NCBI GenBank assembly: GCA_000002435.2
Contig: CM018791.1
DNA: 64,000 nt
Reading direction: 5' to 3' (one strand)
Source: Giardia intestinalis
Taxonomy: Eukaryota
The translations under genes and the position numbers were made by a program. The notes below the pieces were generated by a model. It saw nothing but the letters and a program-made list of their open reading frames with translations, searched no databases and had not been told where the DNA came from. Of this stretch, positions 47,704 to 57,429 are shown one piece after another (within the stretch, counting starts at the first letter, position 1; each line of letters opens with the position of its first letter).

Positions 47704-49452
47704 TTACGCTGCTCTTTCACAATATCCACCTCGAAAGCCAGGATCGCACAAGCAGCGGTTGTCGCGGCACACACCATTTCCAGAGCAAACAACACCGTTG
47801 TCTGAATTGGTGACGCATGTGATGGCGGTGCAAACGCCATCTAACATCACTGCGTTGTGGTTGCACTCGCATTCAAATCCACCGGTTCCTTCTACACAGT
47901 GGCCATGACCCCCACAAACCCTTCTTTGGCCGTCGTTATACTCAGAGACACACTGCCTCGGGTAGCACGCCGTCGACGCATAGAGCTCTCCCTCTGGGCA
48001 TTTATAATCTTCACAGTACTGTCCGAGGTATCCGCTGTCGCAGACACACTTACCATCGAAGCACTGCCCATGGTTCGTGCACTCAACCATGGTTGTGATT
48101 GGGTTCAGGCAGTTCCTATGGACACATTTGCTTGTGTCAAGAAGCTCGTAATCGTCATCGCACATGCAGTAGTCAATATACTCATTGGTTGAGAGCTTAT
48201 TCCTTTGACAGACCCCGTGGCTGCTGCAGGTCTCTGGCATGTCTTCTTGCATGTCCGAGACACAAGTTAAAGGAACGCACTCACCAGTGGGGGTGGCTAC
48301 AGAGTAGGTGCTGCACAGATCACAGTGCTTTCCGCTGTATTGATAGTTGCAGCTGCACATACCAGTGAGATAGTCGCAAGTCCCGTGACCAGAGCATAAC
48401 ACTGGTTCGCCTATAGGGCTATAGTCAGTGATGCAGCTTTTCGGGACACAATACCCGTTGTGTGAAACATATGCTTTGTTGCAGGTACAGCCCCATATAC
48501 CGTCGGTATTTGTACAAGTACCATGGGGGCAAACCTGTCCCAGCACAATGCACTGGAGAGGAGTACACTCCGTTCCTCCTATGAGGGCGAAGCCTTGATC
48601 GCACACACAGTGGTCTACAACGCATGAGCCACCCCCGGAGCAAACGTCACCAGAGCTAGAGATGCACAGTTGATTGACGCACTCTCCACCTTTAGATACA
48701 TATCCTTCTTCACACTGCTGTATCTCGTACTGGCATAGACTTCCTTCATAGCCTTCATCGCACACGCAGCCTTTCCTTTTACATGTTCCATGCCCCATGC
48801 AGACGGTGTAGTTTCCTTCCTCACCGCTGAGGCATGTCTTGGGAATGCATGCATTGCCGATGTTTTTCATCTTTGGCAAGCACAGACAAAATGCTTTTGT
48901 AGCCTTTGTGGCGGGGATGCATATGCCGTGGCCACCACACGCAGTGGGCTCTCCCATTATGTCACTAACGCACTCATTGGGTATGCAGTGAGCCCCAATG
49001 AGAGTAGATTTGGCAGAGCACTCTTCACACAGTTTTCCTGCATATGATTCAAGGCACTGGCAGTACGGCTCGTCATCAAGCCCGTACATGCATACACCAT
49101 TACCGCTGCACACCTTCCCATCCGATATACAGTCTGGAGGCACACAGTTATGCCCCATAGCTATATACCCATCTTCACAAGTACATGTAAATGGAGCAGT
49201 TGCTGAGCATTCTCCGTGGCGTCCACAGTAGTATCTTGTTGCTCTATTGACACAATCTTCTGGCTGGCAGCCTTGCTCCGATAAGGCGTATCCTCTGTCA
49301 CAGTGACACTTGGACCCGATGCAGTCTCCCCTGCCAGAGCAGACTGTTCCACTAAAGACACAGTCCTCTGGATAGCAATTTTCACCGACGGCGACCCTAC
49401 CCTCGGGGCAGACAAGCGCAGAGACCACTGTTATAAAGCCTATCAAAAGCAT
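47704..49452 (-). CDS. secreted cysteine-rich protein with tandem EGF-like repeats (tenascin/Notch-like; no TM anchor)
   Basis: Signal peptide MLLIGFITVVSALVC from the first ATG at 49452; the listed start at 49488 is TTG. About 15% Cys in repeated C..C.....G..C.C..G(Y/F).G..C patterns. Ends GGYCERAA with no TM domain. Confidence 0.75.
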   Translation of the reverse strand: MLLIGFITVVSALVCPEGRVAVGENCYPEDCVFSGTVCSGRGDCIGSKCHCDRGYALSEQGCQPEDCVNRATRYYCGRHGECSATAPFTCTCEDGYIAMGHNCVPPDCISDGKVCSGNGVCMYGLDDEPYCQCLESYAGKLCEECSAKSTLIGAHCIPNECVSDIMGEPTACGGHGICIPATKATKAFCLCLPKMKNIGNACIPKTCLSGEEGNYTVCMGHGTCKRKGCVCDEGYEGSLCQYEIQQCEEGYVSKGGECVNQLCISSSGDVCSGGGSCVVDHCVCDQGFALIGGTECTPLQCIVLGQVCPHGTCTNTDGIWGCTCNKAYVSHNGYCVPKSCITDYSPIGEPVLCSGHGTCDYLTGMCSCNYQYSGKHCDLCSTYSVATPTGECVPLTCVSDMQEDMPETCSSHGVCQRNKLSTNEYIDYCMCDDDYELLDTSKCVHRNCLNPITTMVECTNHGQCFDGKCVCDSGYLGQYCEDYKCPEGELYASTACYPRQCVSEYNDGQRRVCGGHGHCVEGTGGFECECNHNAVMLDGVCTAITCVTNSDNGVVCSGNGVCRDNRCLCDPGFRGGYCERAA

Positions 49453-49523
49453 TTTTCTTTGCACAGCTGGATGGGCGGCACATACCAACTATTTTGACAG
49501 AAGAGATTTACATATTAGTGGTT

Positions 49524-51446
49524 TTACGTGCTAGTGGCGCGTCCCTCCAGTGACTTGCCCATCTCGAGCATCAGTCTGTGAGCTCGGTCCCTGCACTTCT
49601 TGAGCTCCAGTAAATCAATCAATTTGCGCTTCGCAAGGTCATCGGCATCCGCCAGAAAATCGGAGCTTTGGGTAACCAATCGGTTTCCCTTCTCCACGAT
49701 ATCTTTGGACAAGAGATCCTTGTGCTCCCGGAGCGCCTCCTTCAAACCAGCAATGAGACCACCTAGCTCCTTACTGTATTCAAAGATCTCACGCTCGCGT
49801 TTATCTGCCTCCTTGTTCTCCGCAGCAGCCTTAAGCATCTCATTGATAGCATCCTGGGATAAAGAGGCATTGTTAATCTTTATTGACTGTTGGACACCCG
49901 TGTCCTGGTCGACTGCCTTGACATGAATCAGCCCATTCTCGTCTACCTCAAAGCTAATATCTATCTTGAGAGAACCGCGCGGGCCTGGTGGAAGATTGTC
50001 CAGCTCGAATTCCCCTAAGTAATGGTTCTGTGACGCAATCTCGCGCTCTCCTTGAAAGACCTTAATCTTGACCGATCGCTGATTGTCCTCTGATGTGGTG
50101 AATGTCTGTGTTTTCCTTGTAGGAATGGTTGCATTGCGCTTGATGATGGGGGAAAAGATACCACCCAGCGTTTCTAAACCCAGAGAAAGCGGGGCTACAT
50201 CCAGGAGTAGGATGCTATTAACCTCGTGATTAAGAATTGCACCCTGCACAGCTGCACCTAGAGACACTGATTCGTCGGGGTTCATCGTTGTAAGCCCTTT
50301 TTGCTTAAAGAATTCGCTCACCTTTCTCTGTAGTGCCAGGCTCCTGGTGGTTCCACCAACGTAAAGAATCTTAGAGATGTCTCTTGGTGTCAAATCAGCG
50401 TCTGTCAGGGCTTGTTTGCACGGTGGGATGAGCCTAGCAACAAGAGGGGCTGTCAACAATTCGAACTGATCACGTGTAATGACCTTCTTGTAGCTCTTTC
50501 CGTCATAAAATCCGGGAAGAATGATTTCGGTGCTGACCTTTTCTGAGAATTGCTTCTTAGCTGTTTCTGCGCTCAGCTTTAAAGTGTACATCATGACAGG
50601 GTCTGCCCGGATAGCATCCATGATGGCTGCCTTCATGGACTTGGTGTCTGGGGCTCCTCGTGCAAATGTCTCAGCTATATCTCCGATAAGATACTCGACA
50701 AATCCGTTGTCCCAATCATCTCCTCCAAGAAACCCGTCCCCCGCCGTTGCAATGACACTGTACACGCCATCCCCGGAGCACTCCATGATGGAGATGTCGT
50801 ACGTCCCACCTCCGGCGTCTATAACGACGAAGATTTCGTTCTCTTTGATCTTATTACTGCTGGAATTATAGTTGTAGAGCAGTGCAGCTGCGGTTGGCTC
50901 AGACAAAACCCGGATAACATCCAGATTGGCCAACTGTCCAGCCAACTCCGTTGCTCTCCGCTGATCGTTATTGAAATATGCAGGACAAGTAATGACAGCA
51001 TGCGGCTTGTCCTCTATCTCGAGCCCCGACCGCTGCTGTACTTGTGACTTGATATACTTCAAGATTTCTGAACCCACCTCAATAGGGCTGACCGACTTGT
51101 GAAGGTTTGGAACGTTGATCATGGCTTCTCCATTGGGTCCCTGTACTATGTCATAGGAGACATGCTTTGCAGCACGCTTTACTTCTGCATCTGTGAAGCG
51201 CCTACCAATAAGTCTCTTACTGGCATTAATTGTATTCTTCACGTTAGTTAGAGCCTGCCGCTCTGCCTCTGCTCCAACCAAGGGGGTGTCGCGGGCCTCC
51301 AGGGGCAGGTAACCCACTACAGAGGGAACCGTTCGAGAACCGTCGAGCATGGGAAGGACGGTCGGCACGCCACTGACCATGGTAGAGACGCACGAGTTCG
51401 TTGTCCCCAGATCAAAGCCGAGGCACTTTACGTGCCGCTTAAGCAT
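49524..51446 (-). CDS. Hsp70, mitochondrial (DnaK) type, likely mitosomal
   Basis: GFDLGTTNSCVS (the TNSCV form is the DnaK/mtHsp70 hallmark; cytosolic forms have TYSCV). Full ATPase and substrate-binding domains, no KDEL/EEVD tail. First ATG at 51446; the listed 51455 start is TTG. Confidence 0.85.
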   Translation of the reverse strand: MLKRHVKCLGFDLGTTNSCVSTMVSGVPTVLPMLDGSRTVPSVVGYLPLEARDTPLVGAEAERQALTNVKNTINASKRLIGRRFTDAEVKRAAKHVSYDIVQGPNGEAMINVPNLHKSVSPIEVGSEILKYIKSQVQQRSGLEIEDKPHAVITCPAYFNNDQRRATELAGQLANLDVIRVLSEPTAAALLYNYNSSSNKIKENEIFVVIDAGGGTYDISIMECSGDGVYSVIATAGDGFLGGDDWDNGFVEYLIGDIAETFARGAPDTKSMKAAIMDAIRADPVMMYTLKLSAETAKKQFSEKVSTEIILPGFYDGKSYKKVITRDQFELLTAPLVARLIPPCKQALTDADLTPRDISKILYVGGTTRSLALQRKVSEFFKQKGLTTMNPDESVSLGAAVQGAILNHEVNSILLLDVAPLSLGLETLGGIFSPIIKRNATIPTRKTQTFTTSEDNQRSVKIKVFQGEREIASQNHYLGEFELDNLPPGPRGSLKIDISFEVDENGLIHVKAVDQDTGVQQSIKINNASLSQDAINEMLKAAAENKEADKREREIFEYSKELGGLIAGLKEALREHKDLLSKDIVEKGNRLVTQSSDFLADADDLAKRKLIDLLELKKCRDRAHRLMLEMGKSLEGRATST

Positions 51447-51562
51447 GGTCCGCAATTTACATTTACAAAGAAGCTTTTTCCACTTCTGGGTGGAGCGGAA
51501 AACACCCGAACAAGACGGATACTACGCATAGAATAATTATGCAATGCAACTCACAAGAACAC

Positions 51563-53314
51563 TCATAAGAACTTAGGTTGATACAGCGAGGTGATAGCCT
51601 GTTGTTCCTGAACCGCTTCGTATGTATCACCTTGAATCTCAACCATCTCGCCGCTGTTGTTGATGTTCTCGGGGAAGTGCTTTGTGCGTGCCAATATTCT
51701 TTCAGAAAAGCCGCACTTTCCACGATCGCTCTTTAGCACTCCCATGAAGAAGGCGACAATGACCAGCGCAATGCCAAAGAAGGTGCAAGAAAGCATTCCT
51801 GTCTGTATGCCGCGCTTCAGTCCATACCTTGGATCACTACTACTGCTGGAGGCCGTGATGGTTGATTGAACGGTGACAGCCAGAGCTATACCAATGGAGT
51901 GCCCCAAGTTGGTCATGATGGAGTTCAGAGACCCTATTGTTGGGGCATACTTCGTGGGGGTGTTGGCCAGTGACGCAGTCTGAATAGAAATGAGCAGAGC
52001 GATAAAACTAATTATGCAGATAGTCCCCATAACAACGACAAGGGCCACGTGCTCATCTAAGAAGATAGCCTCGATGCACATGGCGACGAGGTAGGTCAGT
52101 CCAAAGATTATGATTATGACGCGTGCCACGATCTTCTTGTTTGCAAAGGTAAAGAGGGGGGAAAACACGATACTGAGGACGCCACCAATGGCTGAGAAAA
52201 GGCCGTTTTCAATAGACTTACGCTCATAGTACCGAACGATGATATATGGGAAGAAAAAGCGTTCTCCAAAGTAAAGCGACGCAGCCATGAGCATAGCAAT
52301 GAGGTTCTTGATGACCGAGGGGTTGAACGCAGACTTCATATAGAGAGGGCACTTGCTCCACCTTGTGTTCCAGAAGAAGAAGACAACGAAGACACCTACC
52401 CCAAACAATAGAGACAGGGTCCCTGCATACCAAGGCATGCCCTCAGAGATAGATGTGAGCCCAAAGATGATCAGGGTGACCGCAGTGATGATAAAGATCG
52501 CCCCAATCCAGTCTATCTTCGCAGCCCTGTTACCCTTGATCCGAAGGCAGAGGAAGATGCTGTAGGTGGCGTGGAGCATGGAAAACAGCCCGATTATGGT
52601 CATCATGTACGTCCACTCACTCTTCTCAGCAATTACACTAGAGACCAGCGACGAGAAGATGGTCCCGATGGGCGTTGCAGCGCTATTTACCGTAAGGACG
52701 ATGGGCAGCGTCGCCTTGCTGGTCATCATATAAGCCATAGGATTGCCAAGGGGTAAGAGCAGCGCAAGTCCGAAGGATGCCAGGAGCCGGCAGATGATCA
52801 CCGCAGCAAGGCTAGTGGGGAAGAAGGTAATAAGAAACGTAAACAGGCCAAAGGTATATGAGCTTGCAATGTAAACGTAGCTAATGCCGAATTTCTCAGC
52901 CAGCTTGGGTGCAAGGCAGCCGAAGCCGCAGCAGATGAGCAGCTCGGAATGGATGACCCACTGGACAACAGAGGTTTCAACCCCCAACTTATTAGAGATG
53001 AGCGGAAGGTTTACCGCAAAGCACACGGCCTCCATGGCGTAGATTAGCTGACCAGGTGCAACGATCAGCCCAGCGATCCAAGCGGGAGTGCCTCCGAGCT
53101 TACTCTTTTTGCAGAAGGACTTGGGGGGATTCTGTGCCAAGGCTGCTGCCTTCATAGCTGCCGGGTCAGGCCCGGTCTCCTGTTGAGGATGAGGCATGGT
53201 GTACGAGGGCTGGCCTTGAAACGCTCCTCCCCCCTGGGGGGCAACTTTGCTACGGGAGAATATCTCATCGGATCCGAGGATGCCGTCGCCTTCACGCGTG
53301 AGCGGATCTGCCAT
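51563..53314 (-). CDS. major facilitator superfamily (MFS) transporter, 12-14 TM
   Basis: Hydrophobic throughout, with paired 6-TM halves. First ATG at 53314 (MADPLTREGDG...); the listed start is GTG. AT-rich upstream tract. Confidence 0.6.
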   Translation of the reverse strand: MADPLTREGDGILGSDEIFSRSKVAPQGGGAFQGQPSYTMPHPQQETGPDPAAMKAAALAQNPPKSFCKKSKLGGTPAWIAGLIVAPGQLIYAMEAVCFAVNLPLISNKLGVETSVVQWVIHSELLICCGFGCLAPKLAEKFGISYVYIASSYTFGLFTFLITFFPTSLAAVIICRLLASFGLALLLPLGNPMAYMMTSKATLPIVLTVNSAATPIGTIFSSLVSSVIAEKSEWTYMMTIIGLFSMLHATYSIFLCLRIKGNRAAKIDWIGAIFIITAVTLIIFGLTSISEGMPWYAGTLSLLFGVGVFVVFFFWNTRWSKCPLYMKSAFNPSVIKNLIAMLMAASLYFGERFFFPYIIVRYYERKSIENGLFSAIGGVLSIVFSPLFTFANKKIVARVIIIIFGLTYLVAMCIEAIFLDEHVALVVVMGTICIISFIALLISIQTASLANTPTKYAPTIGSLNSIMTNLGHSIGIALAVTVQSTITASSSSSDPRYGLKRGIQTGMLSCTFFGIALVIVAFFMGVLKSDRGKCGFSERILARTKHFPENINNSGEMVEIQGDTYEAVQEQQAITSLYQPKFL

Positions 53315-53465
53315 GCGCACCTAGTTTTTTGTTTTTTTGACGAAGATTAAATGTAAGAAGACGACAGTCTGAAACATTACGATGATGCGCGCATGCACAG
53401 ACACCTGCGCGACCTTTTCCACAGGTTGACACACTCGTAAGAAAGGTGCCTGCTGGCTCATATAT

Positions 53466-53825
53466 TTACACAAAGGAGTTATATGCCCTCCTGAAGACCC
53501 GCAGCTCTTCTGCAGGAAGCTCCGCGACAAGTCGCTGGATCTGCAGGAGCACGTTTGCCATCTGGTCCTCTCGAAGATTGCACTTTTCAGCCATGGCCTT
53601 GAGGAGGCGTTCGCGGAGCTCCTCGTCTGTCATGGTTAGTGGGCACGGGGAATCTTCAGAAGCTTTTGCAGGCAGAGGTGAGTGGGTCTGGGCCTGAATC
53701 TGTCCGTAGCTGATGTCAGGGAGTATGTTTGCACCTGGAACGAGAAGATCCTGGTGGACATAATCCGAAGGCAACTTGTCCTCCTCTGCGCTCAACAGCC
53801 TCTCTATGTACTCTCTGGTGTTCAT
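53466..53825 (-). CDS. small hypothetical protein (~119 aa)
   Basis: ATG at 53825 (MNTREYIERLLSAEEDK...) directly follows ccttttttaaaagg. Longer versions starting at 53909 or 53885 overlap the divergent gene. Confidence 0.4.
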   Translation of the reverse strand: MNTREYIERLLSAEEDKLPSDYVHQDLLVPGANILPDISYGQIQAQTHSPLPAKASEDSPCPLTMTDEELRERLLKAMAEKCNLREDQMANVLLQIQRLVAELPAEELRVFRRAYNSFV

Positions 53826-53873
53826 CCTTTTAAAAAAGGTACTGCTGTCGTCCTCTTTTTTTGCTCTTAAAGG
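53826..53873. promoter_or_regulatory. 48-bp shared AT-rich bidirectional promoter
   Basis: Sequence tttaaaaaaggtactgctgtcgtcctctttttttgctcttaaagg lies between divergent ATGs at 53825 (-) and 53874 (+). Confidence 0.4.
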
Positions 53874-56855
53874 ATGACAACCCATGGTTACGCAGACAGA
53901 GCTACTCATTCCTCGTGTTCCTCCCGCAAGAGTGAATTTAGGAAGAAGCCGGGGATAACTCCTCTTCCAGGATTTCTTCCTACTTCCGCAGAATCTATCA
54001 GACTAGCCCTAAGCCTCTCGCTGCATGGAATGCCACATGATCGGGTGTTCGGAGTGTACAAGGAGGGCTACTATACTCTTATCAACACATACCTCTGGGA
54101 TATATCTCGATTTAACCAGCTTATAGACGCTTTCAGTGAGTATTTGGTAGTGACACCAATCTCTCTGGAAAGCTTTTCCACCGGCCTGGTCTCGTTTATT
54201 AAGGTATCGGATGCTTTTTGCACCTTATTAGATTTTGTAATCCTGAGTGATAATCAGGAGCTTCGCGATAGTATCTGTGCACTTTATAAAGAAAAGTGCG
54301 CACAGCAGGATTCGAACCTCTATCCGTACGAACTGCATGTCAAAGAGATTTCTCAGCGATACATCGCTTGCATCGACTCAGAGCTGCACGAGGGTCTTAC
54401 TAAGCAGAAGAATCGTTATAGGATCGCATACACCCGCTTATTGGAGATGTATTCTGAGGACATAGCGGCCGTTAACCGGATTCTTGGTAATGTTGGGGCA
54501 CAGTTTATCAGCGACAGGAATATCTTAGGATCAGCCGGTCTTTTCCCTACCATTCTGACCTCTCGTCTGCTGTCATTCATCAAAACTTCTTTTCCACACA
54601 ATGCTGACCTTGCTCCTAGCCCAGTAGCCATGCCACCTGTCCTAGACTTCCGCTCCTTTGACACAGGGTTTCCAGACTTCAGCAGCCGATCACCTGTCGT
54701 GCGCGTAAAGTCTATTCAGCAAGGACACGAATACAGTGCCAGAAGCTCTACATCCTACACTGCACGAAGGAGTTATGCAGATAACAAGAGCCAGCCCCTC
54801 TATCAAGATCCAATCCAGCAAAAACCTAGTTTATTCAACATTCGGGCAGAGCTATTGAACCTTATGTCGGCAACAGAGACCCAAGTGCACACCGATCACC
54901 GGCAGCAGCAACATATCACTCAGCGTTCCTCGGCTGCTGGCTTTTTCATCAGAGATGGAGCGGGCTTTGAAACGCAGCATATAAATGGGAAATCAAGCAT
55001 AGTAGAGGGACAAGGGATAGATGTGGGGTTGCAAACAGAGACAGAGATAAGCCTTGGAGCTGCCGATGCAGGCGTCTGGACAGTGCCCATTGATACCAGT
55101 GATCAGCTTGTCAGTACAGACACGCAGCTACAGGTAGATACACAGACACAAGTGGAGCTGGAGAAGCAGCGAGAGGTGGAGATACAAACAGAAGCAGACG
55201 CAACGGTTATGCACTCTCTGAGTGAGCTGCATACTGCACTACAGAACAAGCTCGGATTTGATGATTCTATCACTTTGGCATACACTCTTCTAGAACACCT
55301 TCTAGAGCAAGTACATGAGGCCAAAGAACAGAACGTGTCTGACAGCAATTCAGAGACAGGAGCAGAGGATGCAGCAACACAAACCATAACTAGTAGTCAA
55401 GATGCTCTACAGGCAGAAACCTGTGGGACCAATACGGTAGTAACGAATATGAATTTGCACACAAGAACGTCGACAACTGGACCCCTTCAATCAAACACAG
55501 AGCTTTTGACTCCTGCAATACACGAGGAGAAGCCATCGGAGAATCAGTGGATAGCACATGACCCGGAGCAAGAGGAGACACCACTTGGGAATGACCATCT
55601 CTGGAAGCAAGTATTCGATCCTTACTTGGCACGAGTTTCATTTGCCCAGTGCCTCTCACAAGAAATTTCAGATGGAGAGAACTCTCTGCAACCTATTTTT
55701 GACACATGTGATCAATCATCTCTGATCATGTCTGCAGACGGAGTTGTTGGGGCGGCAATCTTTTCAGTTTCAAGGTCTTTTCCAGAGTTTATATATGATA
55801 CGTTGACGAGTAACAGCTCAGAGTTTTATACATCTCAGTCTCAGCTCCAAACAATGGCTCAGATGGAAGAGGGTCATCCAAGGTACTGTGAGGCCGAACA
55901 CATGTCAGCTGAATTGTCGGTAAATATGCAGCTTAAGCATGCTCCTCAAGCATGTAAAGAACATAGCTACGAAATACGCTACAACAACCTCTTGAGCAAG
56001 TACACATCAATGGAAGAGCAGTCCCTCAAACGGACTTTAGAGGCCGAGGAGTTACAAGCAAAAGTGGATGCGTTGACAGAGGAGATAGAATCATTGCGAG
56101 TAGAGCTACAGAGAGTGAGAGATAGATACGCAGTCGATTGTCTAAACAATTATGGGATGATAGTGCAAGGGTCAATAAGCGAGAACGAGGATTTGTCCAA
56201 GGATAGGTACTTAGCACGTGGAAAGTTAGAAGGGGAAGTAATTGCTCAGACAGCAACCCAACAGGAAAAGGGGCACCAATTGCCGAAGCAGGTGACAGAG
56301 AGTGCTGCCCTCTTCTTAACCGCTGACCTACTAGAATCTAAACAATCAATAGATCATGAAGTTTGCAGCAGTACAGCAGAAAGGATTGTGTGCTCTGTTA
56401 TCAGAAATGATGTCGTTGCGGGGGTTCAAGACGAGGATGCGCTAGCAGAGAGCGCTATTACAATGCAGCCACAGGACAAGGCTGAACGTGACACATTAGA
56501 AAGAGAAAGGGGTCTGCTGGCTATGCAAGAAAATACATTTCTCTTGCAGCAACTCGATGTTCTAGAACGACAAGAACAGACCCTTCTTGCTAAGCTTAAT
56601 CAGGTGTCAGAAGAGAGCCAAGCCAAGACCAAATTGAATAAGAACATACAAAGCATGCTATCGACTATCAGCCTGACTGTGAGTACCCAGTTGAGCGACA
56701 TGGAGCAGCTGAATACTCTTGTTGACAGTATAGAAACGAGTGCCTTTTCATTGCGGCCAGAAATAAAGAAGCTCCATTCTTATCTTGCCAATACAGCCAG
56801 TGTGTCATCTCATCGGTCTTCTTCTGCCTCCTTTATTGACTGCCTGGATGACTAG
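53874..56855 (+). CDS. hypothetical protein (993 aa) with C-terminal coiled-coil
   Basis: Long ORF with ATG at 53874. Q/E/T-rich central region. Heptad coiled-coil near residues 700-950. Confidence 0.55.
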   Translation: MTTHGYADRATHSSCSSRKSEFRKKPGITPLPGFLPTSAESIRLALSLSLHGMPHDRVFGVYKEGYYTLINTYLWDISRFNQLIDAFSEYLVVTPISLESFSTGLVSFIKVSDAFCTLLDFVILSDNQELRDSICALYKEKCAQQDSNLYPYELHVKEISQRYIACIDSELHEGLTKQKNRYRIAYTRLLEMYSEDIAAVNRILGNVGAQFISDRNILGSAGLFPTILTSRLLSFIKTSFPHNADLAPSPVAMPPVLDFRSFDTGFPDFSSRSPVVRVKSIQQGHEYSARSSTSYTARRSYADNKSQPLYQDPIQQKPSLFNIRAELLNLMSATETQVHTDHRQQQHITQRSSAAGFFIRDGAGFETQHINGKSSIVEGQGIDVGLQTETEISLGAADAGVWTVPIDTSDQLVSTDTQLQVDTQTQVELEKQREVEIQTEADATVMHSLSELHTALQNKLGFDDSITLAYTLLEHLLEQVHEAKEQNVSDSNSETGAEDAATQTITSSQDALQAETCGTNTVVTNMNLHTRTSTTGPLQSNTELLTPAIHEEKPSENQWIAHDPEQEETPLGNDHLWKQVFDPYLARVSFAQCLSQEISDGENSLQPIFDTCDQSSLIMSADGVVGAAIFSVSRSFPEFIYDTLTSNSSEFYTSQSQLQTMAQMEEGHPRYCEAEHMSAELSVNMQLKHAPQACKEHSYEIRYNNLLSKYTSMEEQSLKRTLEAEELQAKVDALTEEIESLRVELQRVRDRYAVDCLNNYGMIVQGSISENEDLSKDRYLARGKLEGEVIAQTATQQEKGHQLPKQVTESAALFLTADLLESKQSIDHEVCSSTAERIVCSVIRNDVVAGVQDEDALAESAITMQPQDKAERDTLERERGLLAMQENTFLLQQLDVLERQEQTLLAKLNQVSEESQAKTKLNKNIQSMLSTISLTVSTQLSDMEQLNTLVDSIETSAFSLRPEIKKLHSYLANTASVSSHRSSSASFIDCLDD

Positions 56856-56877
56856 TTTTTACAAAATTCAAAGTTGC

Positions 56878-57402
56878 ATGGCAGAGACGTATAATCTTCA
56901 GCCAGGACCTCCTCGTGTTCTTATTGGGAACTGGGTGGAAGAAAAGGCGTTCTGGGACGCCAAGAAAGCTTACCAGCAACGCCTAGCCAACGGCGAGGAA
57001 ATCCTTGAGCCCGCGTGCCAGACTCTCGAGCTGCAAGCAGGGTCCCTCTTTCTGGACCAGGAGTTTTGCACGACTAATAATGACTACGGAGACTTTACGC
57101 AGAGCAATAAGCCTGTGTACGGTAAGCCGCAGGTAGCGCCCACAAGTGTTGCTGCGGCACAGTTGGCGGCGGCCAAGAAAGAGGAGACCTGCGCACTGCT
57201 CGACCAGACAAAGGCACACGATATATTTGGTACCAGCGGAAAGCCTCTGGCTTCTAATGACGACATGCTTTCAGTGACACGCTCAACCTACTACAAAGAT
57301 GAGCTGGATCCCAGGCCCAGGCTGCCCCTCTTTGAGGAGCACATCAAACTCTACAACACCAGCCGGCGCAAGTGCGATGGGTCTGGGCCCGTCTGTCAGT
57401 AA
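56878..57402 (+). CDS. hypothetical protein (~174 aa)
   Basis: ATG at 56878 (MAETYNLQPGPPRVLIGNW...) after AT-rich tagtttttacaaaattcaaagttgc. The listed 56785 start is TTG and overlaps the upstream gene. Confidence 0.45.
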   Translation: MAETYNLQPGPPRVLIGNWVEEKAFWDAKKAYQQRLANGEEILEPACQTLELQAGSLFLDQEFCTTNNDYGDFTQSNKPVYGKPQVAPTSVAAAQLAAAKKEETCALLDQTKAHDIFGTSGKPLASNDDMLSVTRSTYYKDELDPRPRLPLFEEHIKLYNTSRRKCDGSGPVCQ

Positions 57403-57429
57403 AGTGAACTACTATGTGCGGTTTACTCG

